A stretch of DNA of 64,000 nucleotides, from positions 1-64,000 of the forward strand of contig CAUYUJ010000262.1 in assembly GCA_963575745.1 (NCBI GenBank), written 5' to 3'. Positions 51,859 through 64,000 of the stretch are shown here, piece by piece. A program made the translations under genes and the position numbers. The first letter of the stretch is position 1. Each line of letters opens with the position of its first letter. The notes beneath the pieces were generated by a model. It was not told the origin of the DNA and ran no database searches. It was given only the letters and a program-made list of their open reading frames with translations. The stretch is from Prorocentrum cordatum (Eukaryota).

Positions 51859-52000
51859 TGAGAAAACTGCCCAGAGGCTCCTGGATCCCGAAGGATTGCA
51901 AAAAAACGAAGGATTGCAAAAAACGAAGGATTGCAAAAAGAAGGATTGCAAAAAAACCCTTCGTTCTTCTGAGAAAACTGCCCAGAGTCTTCTGGATCCG
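51859..52000 (+). repeat. Approximately 30-bp direct repeats flanking 4 copies of gaaggattgcaaaaa
   Basis: tgagaaaactgcccagag-ct-ctggatcc at about 51859 and 51970. Confidence 0.85.
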
Positions 52001-53381
52001 TTCCCGGACCTCCTCTCTTCGTGAAAAATCACGACGGGAGGTTTTTCTTTGCTTTCAGGCTCGAGGGGCCCTTCCCGGGCCTCGGGACCGTCAGAAACGA
52101 CTCGGGATGAAGAACCGGTCCCGAGGAAGGGGTCCAAACCTCTGGGGGTCGACGTTGTGAAAAAATCACGATGTCGCGGGTCTCGGTTATACCCCCCGAA
52201 ATCCAAATTTGGTTGATGTTTTCACACGGGGCGGCCGGCAGCCCCGACCCGCTCCCCAGGTCCAGCTGTCTCATTCCCAGGCCGCGGTTTGACGGCCCCG
52301 CGGCTCTGCGAGGGCCCCCAGAGGCCGAGAACAGCGGGAGAATCTGCGTCGTGAGATTGTTTCACGACGCGAGCATGTCTGGGGACCTTCCTAGGATGGC
52401 CCACGCCTTCTCAGAAGCCCCTGTCCTCTCCCGAAACGTCCTCGGATATGATTTTTCACCGCGCGGCCCCAGTGACATGACTTTTCACCGCGCGGCCCCA
52501 GTGGTCCCGACCCTTTCCCCGGGAGTAGCTTGTCGTCCCAGATCCGTTGCTGATGCTCCCGGCGCCCGATCGTGCGCCCCAGGTGCCGAAGTCGAGGACG
52601 AGCGCCGGGATAGAAAAGGTTCGCCAGCGTGGACCCCAAACGGGAAGTTTCTGCACTGTGGATATGTAAATTGTGTGGTACAAGGTATGTAGTACAGCAT
52701 TCGCGGCGCAAGCTAGAGGCGATAACGAAGCAACAACGGCCTGCCACGTGGCGACACCTCGCCAGACCCACCCAGCGCACGAGGCGACCACGAGGCGGAA
52801 ACGTGGATGATCCTCGCGGGACCCAGCCAATTCCTCAGCGACATAAGCAAGAACCCCTAAGTGCAAGCATTGTTCAGGGAAAGATCTGATCGTCGGAAAT
52901 CTGGGTCCCTGAGGCTTTCGAGCCATAATTCGGACCTTCAGCGACCGTTCGGGACGATCCAGGCACCCCCAGAACGCTCTCGGCAAAGTGAAGCTTCTGG
53001 AGCGCACCCCGAGGCTGGAAGACCGTGGAGAACCACAGGAAATGCTCGAACATCTGCGGGATCTGGGGACGACGACGGCGACCAGCGAACAGCGACAAGT
53101 TCATACCGTCGGAGGTCTGGGCCAGAAGGCCGCCCTGAGCACCAGACCCCCGACGTCACGCGCTTTTCATAACGTGGATCCCCAGAGGTCTCGACCCATT
53201 GCCCGGGACTGGCCTGTCGTCCCGAGTCGTTTTTTTTGGGCACAGAGGCCGAAAATAGCGGAAAGTTTCCCGTCGTGATTATTTCACGATTCGAGGAGGT
53301 TTGAGTCGGAAGGCATTCCGTGACATGCTCATCTGGCCGTTGCACGACGAGGACGACGACGAGGAAGAGGTGGAGGAGGCG

Positions 53382-53502
<121 letters not shown>

Positions 53503-53775
53503 GCTACGACTCGAGGGGCTCCCGGGACGGCAGGCCGCCCCCCTCCGCGCCACCCTCTCGTGCGCGCCGCCTGGGCGGGGGCCTCGGAGGCACGCCTGCG
53601 CGCCCGCCCCCGCCCGGGCGGCGCCGGGGTGGCCCCCCGCGCACGGATGCCGGGCGCCGGGCGGCCCCAGGCGGCCGCCGCCGCCCAGAGGCAGCCTGGC
53701 CGTCGACGACGCCGACGACGCCGACGCCGACGACGACGCCGACGACGACGACGCCGACGACGACGACGACGACGC

Positions 53776-53870
<95 letters not shown>

Positions 53871-53871
53871 T

Positions 53872-53909
<38 letters not shown>

Positions 53910-54925
53910 GCGGCGGCGGCGGCGGCGGCGGCGACCACGACGACGACGACCACGGTGCTTCGACGGCCGACGCCACCCTCAGATGCGGGCGCTGCCGTTT
54001 TTGTCGCAGCCCCGGAAACTGGTGGCGATTCGGAAGGCGGAAAAAATCGAAGGGCTGGCCCTTATGGGTCTCCTCCTCCTCCTCCTCCGCCTCCTCCTCC
54101 TCCTCCTCCTCCTCCTCCTCCTCCTCCTCCTCCCTCCTCCTCCTCCTCCTCCTCCTCCTCCTCCTCCTCCTCCGGGCAGGGGGCGCCTCCCGCCCTGCGC
54201 CCGGGTCGCGGCGCCCTGAGGCCTCCCTTATGCATTGGGCCCTTCGCGAATTCCCAGTGCGGGCCATCCTGGCGGCGCCAGAGTTCCCTGCTCGCCCATT
54301 GGTTGCGGCGGCAACTCCGCCCGAGTCCACGATCCAAGGAACAGCCCAGTATGATCTTCATGGCCCACAAGTCGCGTAGCGAGTTGGAGATGAGAGAATC
54401 TAAGGGCTGGCCTTCATGGGCCTCCTCGCTTCCTGGCCTCGGCGCTTCCTGGCTCCGTCGGGTTCGCTCCACGGCTGGGGGGCTCGGCTTGGCGGCAAGC
54501 GGCCCTCACGGCCGCGGCTGCTTCGCAGCAGGCGGACTCTTCTCACGGCTGGGCGCTGTCTGATTGCAGGCAGACTGCCTTCGGCTGTGCTGGTTCTGTC
54601 CCAGGCCTCCTCGCGTTGTGAAAAAGTCAGGCCGGGAGGTTTTCTACTTTCGGGCTCCAGGGGCCCTTCCCGGGCCTCGGGGCCGTTAGAACACGATACG
54701 GTATAAAAAACATGATCCCCGGGAAGGGATCCCGACCTCTGGAGGTCACGTCATGAAAAAATCACGAAGCCTGGAGTCTGTTCTGTGTGGATGGTTGATT
54801 GGCTTGCCTTCAGCCCGGATTGCCGTCCAGTGTTGAGCTTTGCAGCAACCAGGATGGCAAGCCCGTGGTCAGGCGACCGCCAGCCCCGCCGCGCGAGCCG
54901 CTGCTGGTCGAGCCAAAGGCTACGG

Positions 54926-55417
<492 letters not shown>

Positions 55418-55774
55418 AGATGTCAACGGTGCAAGCTCGTCCTAGAGGTCCCCAAGACCGCCCCGTGGCGGCTCCAGAGGCTCCCAACCGTGCCAGATGA
55501 CGGCACCAGAGGGCACCCTGACGGCTGAAGCGGCGCCAACGAGGAGCCCCGAACACCCCGACAGAGCCGATTAGGGCCACAAGAGAGGCTTGGGGGCCTT
55601 TGCAGTTGCCAGGGCGGTCTCGACACTGCTGATTGCGTCTCGACGTCCCACGACCGAACCAAAGACTTGTCAAAGAGCTCAAAGGACGGGGAGGAGAAGG
55701 AGGACGAGGACAAGGAGGAGGGGAACAACGAGGACGAGGAGGGGGAGGAGGAGGAGGAGGAGGAGGAGGAGGAG

Positions 55775-55874
55775 NNNNNNNNNNNNNNNNNNNNNNNNNN
55801 NNNNNNNNNNNNNNNNNNNNNNNNNNNNNNNNNNNNNNNNNNNNNNNNNNNNNNNNNNNNNNNNNNNNNNNNNN
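55775..55874. other. Assembly gap (100 N)
   Basis: Run of 100 N between (GAG)n and (CCT)n tracts. Confidence 0.99.
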
Positions 55875-56731
55875 CCTCCTCCTCCTCCTCCTCCTTCTCC
55901 TCCTCCTCCTCCTCCTCCTCCTCCTCCTCCTCCTCCTCCTCCTCCTCCTCCTCCTCCCCCTCCTGCTCCTCCTCCTCCTCCTGCTTTTCCTGCTCCTGGA
56001 AGTGGGGTCCTGGGGCCGCACTTTCGGGGCCAAGGAGAGGTCCAGGGACCGTGGAGGATTCCAGGGGCCGAAGATGGGTCCACAAGCGTCAACGCGGGTC
56101 CCCGGAGCCAGGGGCCCAAAGCCCAGGGTCCAGAATCCATCACGGGCGGACGAGAAGGAGGAGGACGAGGAGGAGGAGGAGGAGCAAGAGGTCAGGTAGG
56201 AGACGAAGGCGAACGAGGACGAGGGCGAGCACGAAGACAAAGGGCGAGGAGGAGGCCGACATCGATGACGAGCAGGGGGGGAGTCTGGGCAGTTCTCTGA
56301 TGGGCCTCGGGTTTCGTTCCCCCTTCCCTGGGGTGGATTTACCGCTCCGGTTCGGTCTGTATCGGTCCGATTCGGCCCCATTCGGTCCACAAGCGATCTT
56401 GGTTCGGTTCGGTTTGGGTCTCTACCGCGACCATTCCGGTTCGGTTCGATTCGTCTTGGGGGGGGCGCTGGTTCGCGGCCGTTCGATTCAGCCTAATTCA
56501 GTCCAGGCAGTTCTGGAACCTTCCTGCAATGAAACACTGCGATGGAGTTACGCCACAAAGGAGGCAGCACTGCACAAGATTGTCCAGGTTCCAGGAGGGT
56601 CGGCCGTCAGGACCCTCTGGAAGGAGATCCGCTGCCGATGGTACTGCTTGCCGTGGCATCCTTTGGCGCCATGATGCGGCGACTAGAACCTAAGCGCGCG
56701 CGCGTGGTTCTAGTACACAAAAATTTGTGTG

Positions 56732-56762
<31 letters not shown>

Positions 56763-57404
56763 CGTAGCACCCCGCAATTGCAGATAAGAGTGAGGGGGCG
56801 GGCGCGGGCGACGCGGGCGTCGTCGAGCCGGCGGACCTCGTGGCCCCCACCTTTCTTGTCGATGGCGCTCTCCTCCACCTCCTCCTCCTCCTCCTTCTCC
56901 TCCTCTTCCTCCTCCCTCTCCTCCTCCTCTTCCTCGTCCTCATCGTCATCGTCATTCTCCTCCTCCACCTCGTCCTCCTCCTCCTCCTCCTCTTCTTCCT
57001 CGTCCTCCCTCTCCCCCCCTCGTCTTTTCATCATGGTCCTCCCATTGTCGTCCTCCCCCTCATCGGCCTCCATCATCGTCCTCCCATTGTCGTCCATCAT
57101 CATCATCCTCCCCATCCTCCCCCTCCTCGTCCTCCTTCCTCCCCCTCCTCCCCCTCCTCCCCCTCGTCCTCCTGCTCCTCCTCCTTTTCTTTCTCCACGT
57201 TCTCCTTACATCCTCTCTTCTTCCACGTTCTCCTCGTCCCCTGTTTACTCATCCTGCCTCCCCCTCCTTTCCCAAGATAACTGCAACGCAATCCTTTTTT
57301 CCACTTTATGCTCCCCGCCTTCTCTGATCAAGGCAACTCGCCAGGGCAAAGTTGCTGGACGGGCTGGCGTGGATGTGCGGGGCGTGAAGAGGTCCTTGCG
57401 GGCT

Positions 57405-58260
57405 CAGACGGCATGCAAGAATCCGCCGCCGCGCTTGTGCGGCATTGGTTTGTTCAGTGAACGTGGTTTAGGTCGCGGGTGGGTCGCGGGCTCTCCACCT
57501 CCACCTGGAAGGAATGCAAAAGCAGCCCGCCGCAAGCGCCAAAAAAAATGGTTCGTACACGGAACGAGGTTTGGGTCGCGGGTGGGCCGCGGGTTCTCCA
57601 CAAGGAACGAATGCAAAGGATGCCCGCCGCAGGCGCCGAAAATGTAGTTTGTACCCTGAACGTGGTCGCGGGTGGGCCGCGGGCTCTCCACCTGAAACGA
57701 ATGCAAAATATGCCCGCCGCAGGCGCCGAAAAATGTGGTTTGTACCCTGAACGTGGTTTGGGTCGCGGGTTGGTCGCGAGTTGGTCACGGGATGTGTCGC
57801 GGGCTCTCCACTTGGAAGGAATGCAAAAAAGCCCGCCGCAGGCGCCGAAAATTGTGGTTTGTACCTTGAACGTGGTTTGGGTCGAAGGTGGGTCGCGGGT
57901 GGGTCGCGGGGTAGGTCGCGGGTGGGTCGCGGGTCGCGGGTGGGTCGCGGGTGGGTCGCGGGTGGGTCGCGGGGTGGGCCGCGGGGGGGTCGCGGGGTGG
58001 GTCGCGGGTTGGGTCGCGGGGTGGGTCGCGGGGTGGGTCGCGGGGTGGGTCGCGGGGTGGGTCGCGCGGGTGGGTCGCGGGTGGGTCGCGGGGTGGGTCG
58101 CGGGGTGGGTCGCGGGTGGGTCGCGGGGCGGGTTGCGGGTGGGACGACGACAACAAACAACAACAACAACACAACAACAACAACAAGAATCCGCACCGCG
58201 GAATTCCACATCAGCCACGCACCCAGGGACAGTGAATGACCGTTCGGCCCCTTCACTCTG
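57405..58260 (+). mobile_element. Composite repeat element: about 110-130-bp tandem units, (GGGTCGCGGGT)n minisatellite, (CAA)n and a conserved 75-bp terminus
   Basis: The terminus gaatccgca-cgcggaattccac-tcagccacgcacccagggacagtgaatgacc...tcactctga is shared with the inverted copy at 63631-64000. Confidence 0.75.
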
Positions 58261-58293
<33 letters not shown>

Positions 58294-59509
58294 TATACAT
58301 ACATATATTTATATATATACATACATATATACATGCCTGCATGCATGCATGCATACATACATACATACATATACATACATACATACATATATACATACAT
58401 GCATGCATACATACAAACATACATACATACATACATACATACATACATACATACATACATGCATGCATGCATGCATGCATACATACACACGTACACACAA
58501 TTGCATTAGCTTTTCGCGCCATGCACCTTGGTGCTTGAAGTTTGGCATGCAGGCGGAATGGCAGGAAGGCTAAGCCAACAAATTAGGGATAACTCCTTGT
58601 CGTTTTTTCGGTATCGCCGTTATGAACATTTACAGACGGAGAAAACAATTAGAAATGAGATCCCTCACCTCTCGCATGGAAGAAAAATTTGAGCACGCAT
58701 CATATCAACGGCAACTTCCATCAGCCACATGCAGCGCTGCACGCACGTCGAGCCGACGTGGGCCAGAAGGTTGACTAAAATTCTGCACCGCTTGGATCGC
58801 GCCTGGGCGGCGGCCCCATCCGCTCGGCGGCGGCCCCGTCCGCGCTCGAACCGCCTTGAGACTGTCCGAGTCCCAATTTAGTATTATCAAAGAACGAGTG
58901 TCGAATGAGTCTCAAAAAATCTGCACGACATTGTACAAATTCACACACCGGACGCGTCCGATGGCGATCTCAAAGCGGTTTCAAACAGTCTCAAACAGTC
59001 TCAAAGGGTTTCAAAGTGCCCGAAACCCTCGGCGCCGAACATATGTGTTTCGAAACCCTCGGCGCCGAACGCAGTGGCGCGTCCCAGGACGCCCGCACGA
59101 GACACGCCACCAACCAATCACGCGGGGGTTGGAGCGCAAAGTGCATACTCCACCGCGTGCGCATGTGTGTCTGTCTGCGTGCGTAGTGGTTTGTGGTGCG
59201 CGTGCGTGCGTGGTTGGTGGTATGTGCGTGCGCGTACATACGGCGGCGCGCTGCAATGCGACCACGTACGATGCAACGCAAAGCCATGCAAAGCAATGGG
59301 ACCGAAACGTCCGCACGCATTGGACGAAATGTGGACATCGCGCTTTCGCGCAAGGCATTCAGTACCACTGTAACCTCAATGGCGACGACTCGAAGAACGT
59401 GGCCCACAGGCGAGCGCGAAATCCATTTCCAAGCATTGCTTCTCGGACTGTATTCGTCATCCTTTTCCCACGCTTATTTTTTTCATTATCGCCGTACCCT
59501 GCGTATTCT

Positions 59510-60800
59510 CCCCATCCCCTTCAGCTCTTTTTGCGGAGGCTCCTCCTTGGAGAGCCTCCGGGGGCCCCACACAAATTTGTCAAGCTTTCTTAAGGCCTTC
59601 TGGGGGCCTCCTGGTCGTCTTCTGGGGTCCTCTGGGGGCTTCCTTGGGCCACCTTGCCTTCAACCGCGGCTTCCCTGAACGACCCGGTCACGATTTGGAA
59701 CACTTCGGAGGGCGTCTTGGGGCCATCTTGGGCCGTCATGGGGTTCTCTTAGGCCATCTTGGAACCTTGTTGTGCCGTCTTGGGGTTCTCTTGGACTGCC
59801 TGGAAGACCTTTCGGATGGTTGTGGGACGATGTTTCCACCTCCCCAGGCGGCTTCGGACCGCCAGAAGACCGCCGTCTTGGAGCATCGGGAAGCCGAAAG
59901 AGGGGGAGAACCCCAAAATTCATTAGAAACCACAAGAAAATCAATGAATTTTGACTCCTTGGCCATTCTTGGCAGTGCTTTTGGAAGCCTCTTGTGACGG
60001 TTGGGAGCTGGGAGCCATCTTTGGCGGTGTGACAGTTTCTTCCTTCTTCAGGGTCATCGTGGACCGTCTTGGGGCTCTGTGGGATCGTTTCGGCAGCGCG
60101 CTGGAACGCCTGGAGCCCGCTGGGGCCGTCTTCGGGCTCTCCCGGGTTTCTTCCGGGTCGTCTGGAGGGTTTGCCCGAGAGGCCCACGGTGGGCCAAATT
60201 CGTTAGGGGGCGGAGGGGCGTTTTTGTCCAGGGCCCCTGGCCCTACACAAATCTACGAATAGGAATTTGGCACGCAGAACACAGAATCCGCACACCAGCA
60301 ATGGCGCTTCGTTCCACGCACTTTAGTATTTGAGATCTGACATGCAGGCAGGAGGGCGACAAGGTATAACGTAACATTCAGCGATACTTCGACGTTGTTT
60401 TTTGTGTCTGGGTTCGTCGTTGTAATGATTGCTTTATTTATATGTATGTCATGTTTCTTGCTCCTGTTCCTCATTATTGCCACACCCCGCGAAATTCGCA
60501 CCCATCCTCAGCTCTTGTTTGCGGATGCTCATCCTAAGAGAGCCTCTTGTAGATTTCACGGAAGTTTTACGGGTTTATCGGGGCCTTTTGGAAGCCTCCT
60601 GAGTTCTTTCTGGGGGGCCTCTCGGGGTTTCCTTGGGCCACCTGCTTCCAACCGCGGTCTCCCTGAACGACCGGGTCGCGATCTGGAATGATTCGGGAGG
60701 CGTTTTGGGGCCATTTTGGGCCATCATGGGGCTCTCTTCGGGCCATCTTCGGGCCCTGTTGGGCCGTTTTGGGGCTCCTCTCGGACTGCCTGGAAGCCCT
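59510..60800 (+). repeat. Diverged direct duplication (about 59510-59800 and 60500-60800) in TCTTGGGGCC-rich repeat
   Basis: Shared ttccttgggccacct...caaccgcgg..tccctgaacgacc.ggtc.cgat.tggaa block. Confidence 0.75.
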
Positions 60801-61200
60801 CTTGGTCACATGTGGGGTGATTATCTGGCCTCCTGGGCGATCTCGGACGCCCAGAAGACAAAAGAATTAAGCATTCCAAAAATCAGACAAAAACCATGGG
60901 AAATCAATGTTTGCGTTTCGGCTGCCTCTTGGGGGTCTTCTTTGGGTCGTCTTCGGGCGACTGGTGTTTGTCTAGGGTCTCTGTGGGCTCTTGCGGGGCT
61001 GCCCGGCCGCCCTCCTCACCAATATGCGCCCGGCACCTAGGCCCAGCAGGGGCTTCAGGAGCCCTGGCAAGGGCATCCAGGGTGCCCCCAGGGCCAAGGA
61101 TCCGGAGGAGTCCCGCTTAGGGGGGGGTCGCAGGATCCCAGACTATAGAAATATATAAAAGGGAGTGCATATGCGTATATATATACATTTATATACATAT

Positions 61201-61243
<43 letters not shown>

Positions 61244-61349
61244 CGGAGTGTTGGGCCCCCTGGGCAACCCAATTTGGCCGCCGGGGCCCGGGGCCTGTTT
61301 TCGGTTCTTTGCGGGGCGGTTCCACCCCCGGGAGCGTTCCAAGAACATT

Positions 61350-62392
61350 CACGATCGCCTCCAGACGGCCTAGCTTCCAAGACGACCCCATAGCGCCCCA
61401 AGAGCGCTCGAAGACCGCTTAAGGTGGCCTCAGGACAGCCCAAGAAGCTCCCAAGAGGACCCCCACGAAGCAAAAATCGTCCCATTCCCGGTGGAATACG
61501 TGCAATGTTGCATCATCGCTTGTTTGGTTTCGAGAGCGTCCAAGGTGGCCCACGAAGCCCCCAAGGTCGCTCCAAGACGGTCCAGGAGGCCCCCAAGAGG
61601 GCCCCAAGACGGCCCGAGAGAGCCCCATGACGGCCCAAGAGCGGCTTCAAAGAGGCCCACAAGGCTCCCAAGAGAGCCCCGAGAGCGCCACAGGAGGGCC
61701 ACCACAGAGCCCCAGGAGCGCCCCAAGACGGCCCCGGCCTCCCAAGACTGGCCCAAGAGCGCTCCAGGACGGCCATCGAGGGCCCCAAATGAGCCCCAAG
61801 AGGCCCCAAGAGGGCCGCCAAGAAGGCCAAGTGATGCCATGTTGTGTGATTTTCGGTTGTTCTCGCGTTCTCGCCTCTCCGGTCTCTCAGCAGCTCACGA
61901 CGGCCTCAGAGGCATCCCCCCGATCGCCCAAGATCCCCAAGACAGCCCAGGAGGCGCCCAAGACGACCAATGAGCGCCCGACGAGGGCCCCAAGAGAGGC
62001 CCAAGAGGGGGAGCTCGAACTGACAGTTCGAGCCCTCCGCCCCAAGACAACCCCCGATACTGCCACCAGGCCTCCCAACTCCCCACAGGAGGAGCTCAGA
62101 GGCGCAGGTGACGCCCCCCGAAAGGCCCCAAACGGACACATGGCCCCCAGGAGGCCCCAGGGGATTTCAGAACTGCCGCCACGAGGCTTACCAGAAGCTC
62201 CCGAATGACCCCAACAGGCATCCAAGAGGCTTCTGACACACAACCCATGCACGGTTGCTGGATGGGACGACGAGCACTCGGAGTGGCACACGAACCGAAC
62301 AATCAACTGTTTTTTTCGGTTAGTGATTGATTCCAGCGCTCTCCCAAACCACCCGACGATGACGTCGAAGATAAGAATGACGACGACGACGA

Positions 62393-62444
<52 letters not shown>

Positions 62445-63600
62445 CACAGCGACGACAGCGGGCACGGCGACGACGGCGAGCCCCTCGCCCAGAAAACCCC
62501 AGGGGGCCCCAAGAGGCCCCTCAAGAGGGCCCGAATAGGCAAAACCCATTCCACTCCTGTGAAGCATTTCCGCGTTTGGCATGTTACTTTGTGTCGCTGG
62601 CATTCTTTTTCGGGCCACTTCTGCCAGGATTCCTATTCGGATTGTGGGGCACTTTGGCTTCCGCCGCCATGCCCCTTCTTCGTGGCAGAGGAGGCGGAGA
62701 GGAGGAGACGGAGGATAACGGAGAGGATTTGCATTTGGAAGGGGAAGAGGAACCCGTACGGGGACGGGGATGCCGAGGATTACCCGTCAGGAATGAGTGG
62801 CAGGACGGACGCAAAGGACGAAGGGCGGGGGGAGGATGGCGAAGGACGAAGGACGCAAAGGACGAAGGACGAAGGGCGGAATGGGGAGGGGTCCAGTGGG
62901 CCCCAGGGAACCCTGATTTCAGTACCTGGCCTCTGGCCCCTTCCTTGGGCGGCTCTTGGCCCTCCCAGGTACGTGCGGCAGGCTTTCAAATTGCTCCCAG
63001 GCGGCCCGGGGTCGTTGAACGAACTATTCGTTCCAAGACGCCCAAGACGGCTTCAAGACGGCCCAGGTGGCCCCCAAGATGCCCCAAGAGGATTCCCAAG
63101 AGGGCCTCAAGCGGCAAAAATGGCCCCATTCCGTTTGGAGAAATTGTTAGAACATTCGTCTGTGGAGCTTTCAGAGCATCCAAGACGGCCGGCACGACCT
63201 CCAAGACGGCTGAAGAGAGCCCCAAGAAGGCCCAAAAGGCCGCCAAGACAGCCAATGAATGCCCCAGGACAGCCCCAAGAGGGGGCCCAGAGGGGGTACG
63301 CGAACTGATATTTTAAGTCTTCGGCCCCAAGACGTCCCCCAGGAGGCACAGGAAGCTCCCCCAAAAGCTCCCAAGAGGCCCCCCGAATAGGCTCCCAGGA
63401 AGCCCCAACAGGCCCAAAGGGGCCCCCACGAGCCCCCTGCCCAGACGCCCTGAGGCACTCATGGCGATCCCGAAGCTTCCAGAGAGGAGAGGCGATGAAC
63501 GGCCGTCCTGACGCGATCTTGGACCGTCTTCGAGCTCAAGGTGCCCCCATCGTGGCCCAACAGGTCCCAGAAACGCCGGAAGAGAGCCTCCCTGGGGTTC
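61350..63600. repeat. GGCCCCAAGA-rich dispersed repeat family (reverse complement of TCTTGGGGCC tracts); also about 39840-40100, 40960-41400, 42390-43060, 44170-45000
   Basis: Dense ccaagacggcccaagaggcccc motifs, interrupted by a (GAC)n tract at about 62378-62475. Confidence 0.75.
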
Positions 63601-63630
63601 CCAGGCGACCTTTCAGAAGCAACTGCACTT

Positions 63631-64000
63631 GTCAGAGTGAGGGGGCTGAACCGAAAGGTCATTCACTGTCCCTGGGTGCGTGGCTGAAGTGGAATTCCGC
63701 GATGCGGATTCTTGTTGTTGTTGTTGTTGTTGTTGTTTGTTGTTGTCGTCGTCCCACCCGCGACCCGCCCCGAGACCCACCCGCGACCCACCCGCGACCC
63801 ACCCGCGACCCACCCGCGACCCACCCGCGACCCACCCGCGACCCACCCCGCGACCCACCCGCGCCCCACCCGCGACCCACCCGCGACCCACCCCGCGACC
63901 CGCCCGCGACCCACCCCGAAACCTCCCCGGCGACCCACCCGCGACCCACCGGCGACCCACCCGAGACCCACCCGCGACCCACCCCGCGACCCACCCGCGA
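63631..64000 (-). mobile_element. Second, inverted copy of the 57405-58260 element (runs off the window end)
   Basis: Reverse complement of the terminus, (TTG)n and (ACCCGCGACCC)n. Confidence 0.85.

Noticed and set aside
51859..52000. Mini CRISPR or iteron-like cluster
   Set aside because: Simple tandem 15-18-mers without spacers between two direct repeats.

Overview
Repeat-dominated, GC-rich eukaryotic DNA. The GC content, repeat landscape and candidate GA/GC splice donors suggest a dinoflagellate (inference only). Most ORF-track entries are artefacts of (TAC)n, (GAG)n, (GAC)n and (CA)n microsatellites and of 11-bp and 101-bp satellites. The one clearly protein-coding system is a full-length but decayed tyrosine-recombinase (DIRS-order, PAT/Ngaro-type) retrotransposon at 32779-38978, bounded by split direct repeats A1...B1-A2-B2. 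It encodes, in order, a small Cys-rich/transmembrane ORF, gag-like, RT-RNase H, tyrosine recombinase and a C5-cytosine-methyltransferase-like domain with altered catalytic motifs. It interrupts an older degraded reading frame that rejoins in frame when the element is removed. The rest holds several TIR/MITE elements (two inserted at TA in TAC microsatellite), three head-to-tail Helentron/DINE-1-like units carrying a 101-bp satellite, a 2.3-kb long-arm inverted repeat, a few candidate host exons and a 100-N gap.
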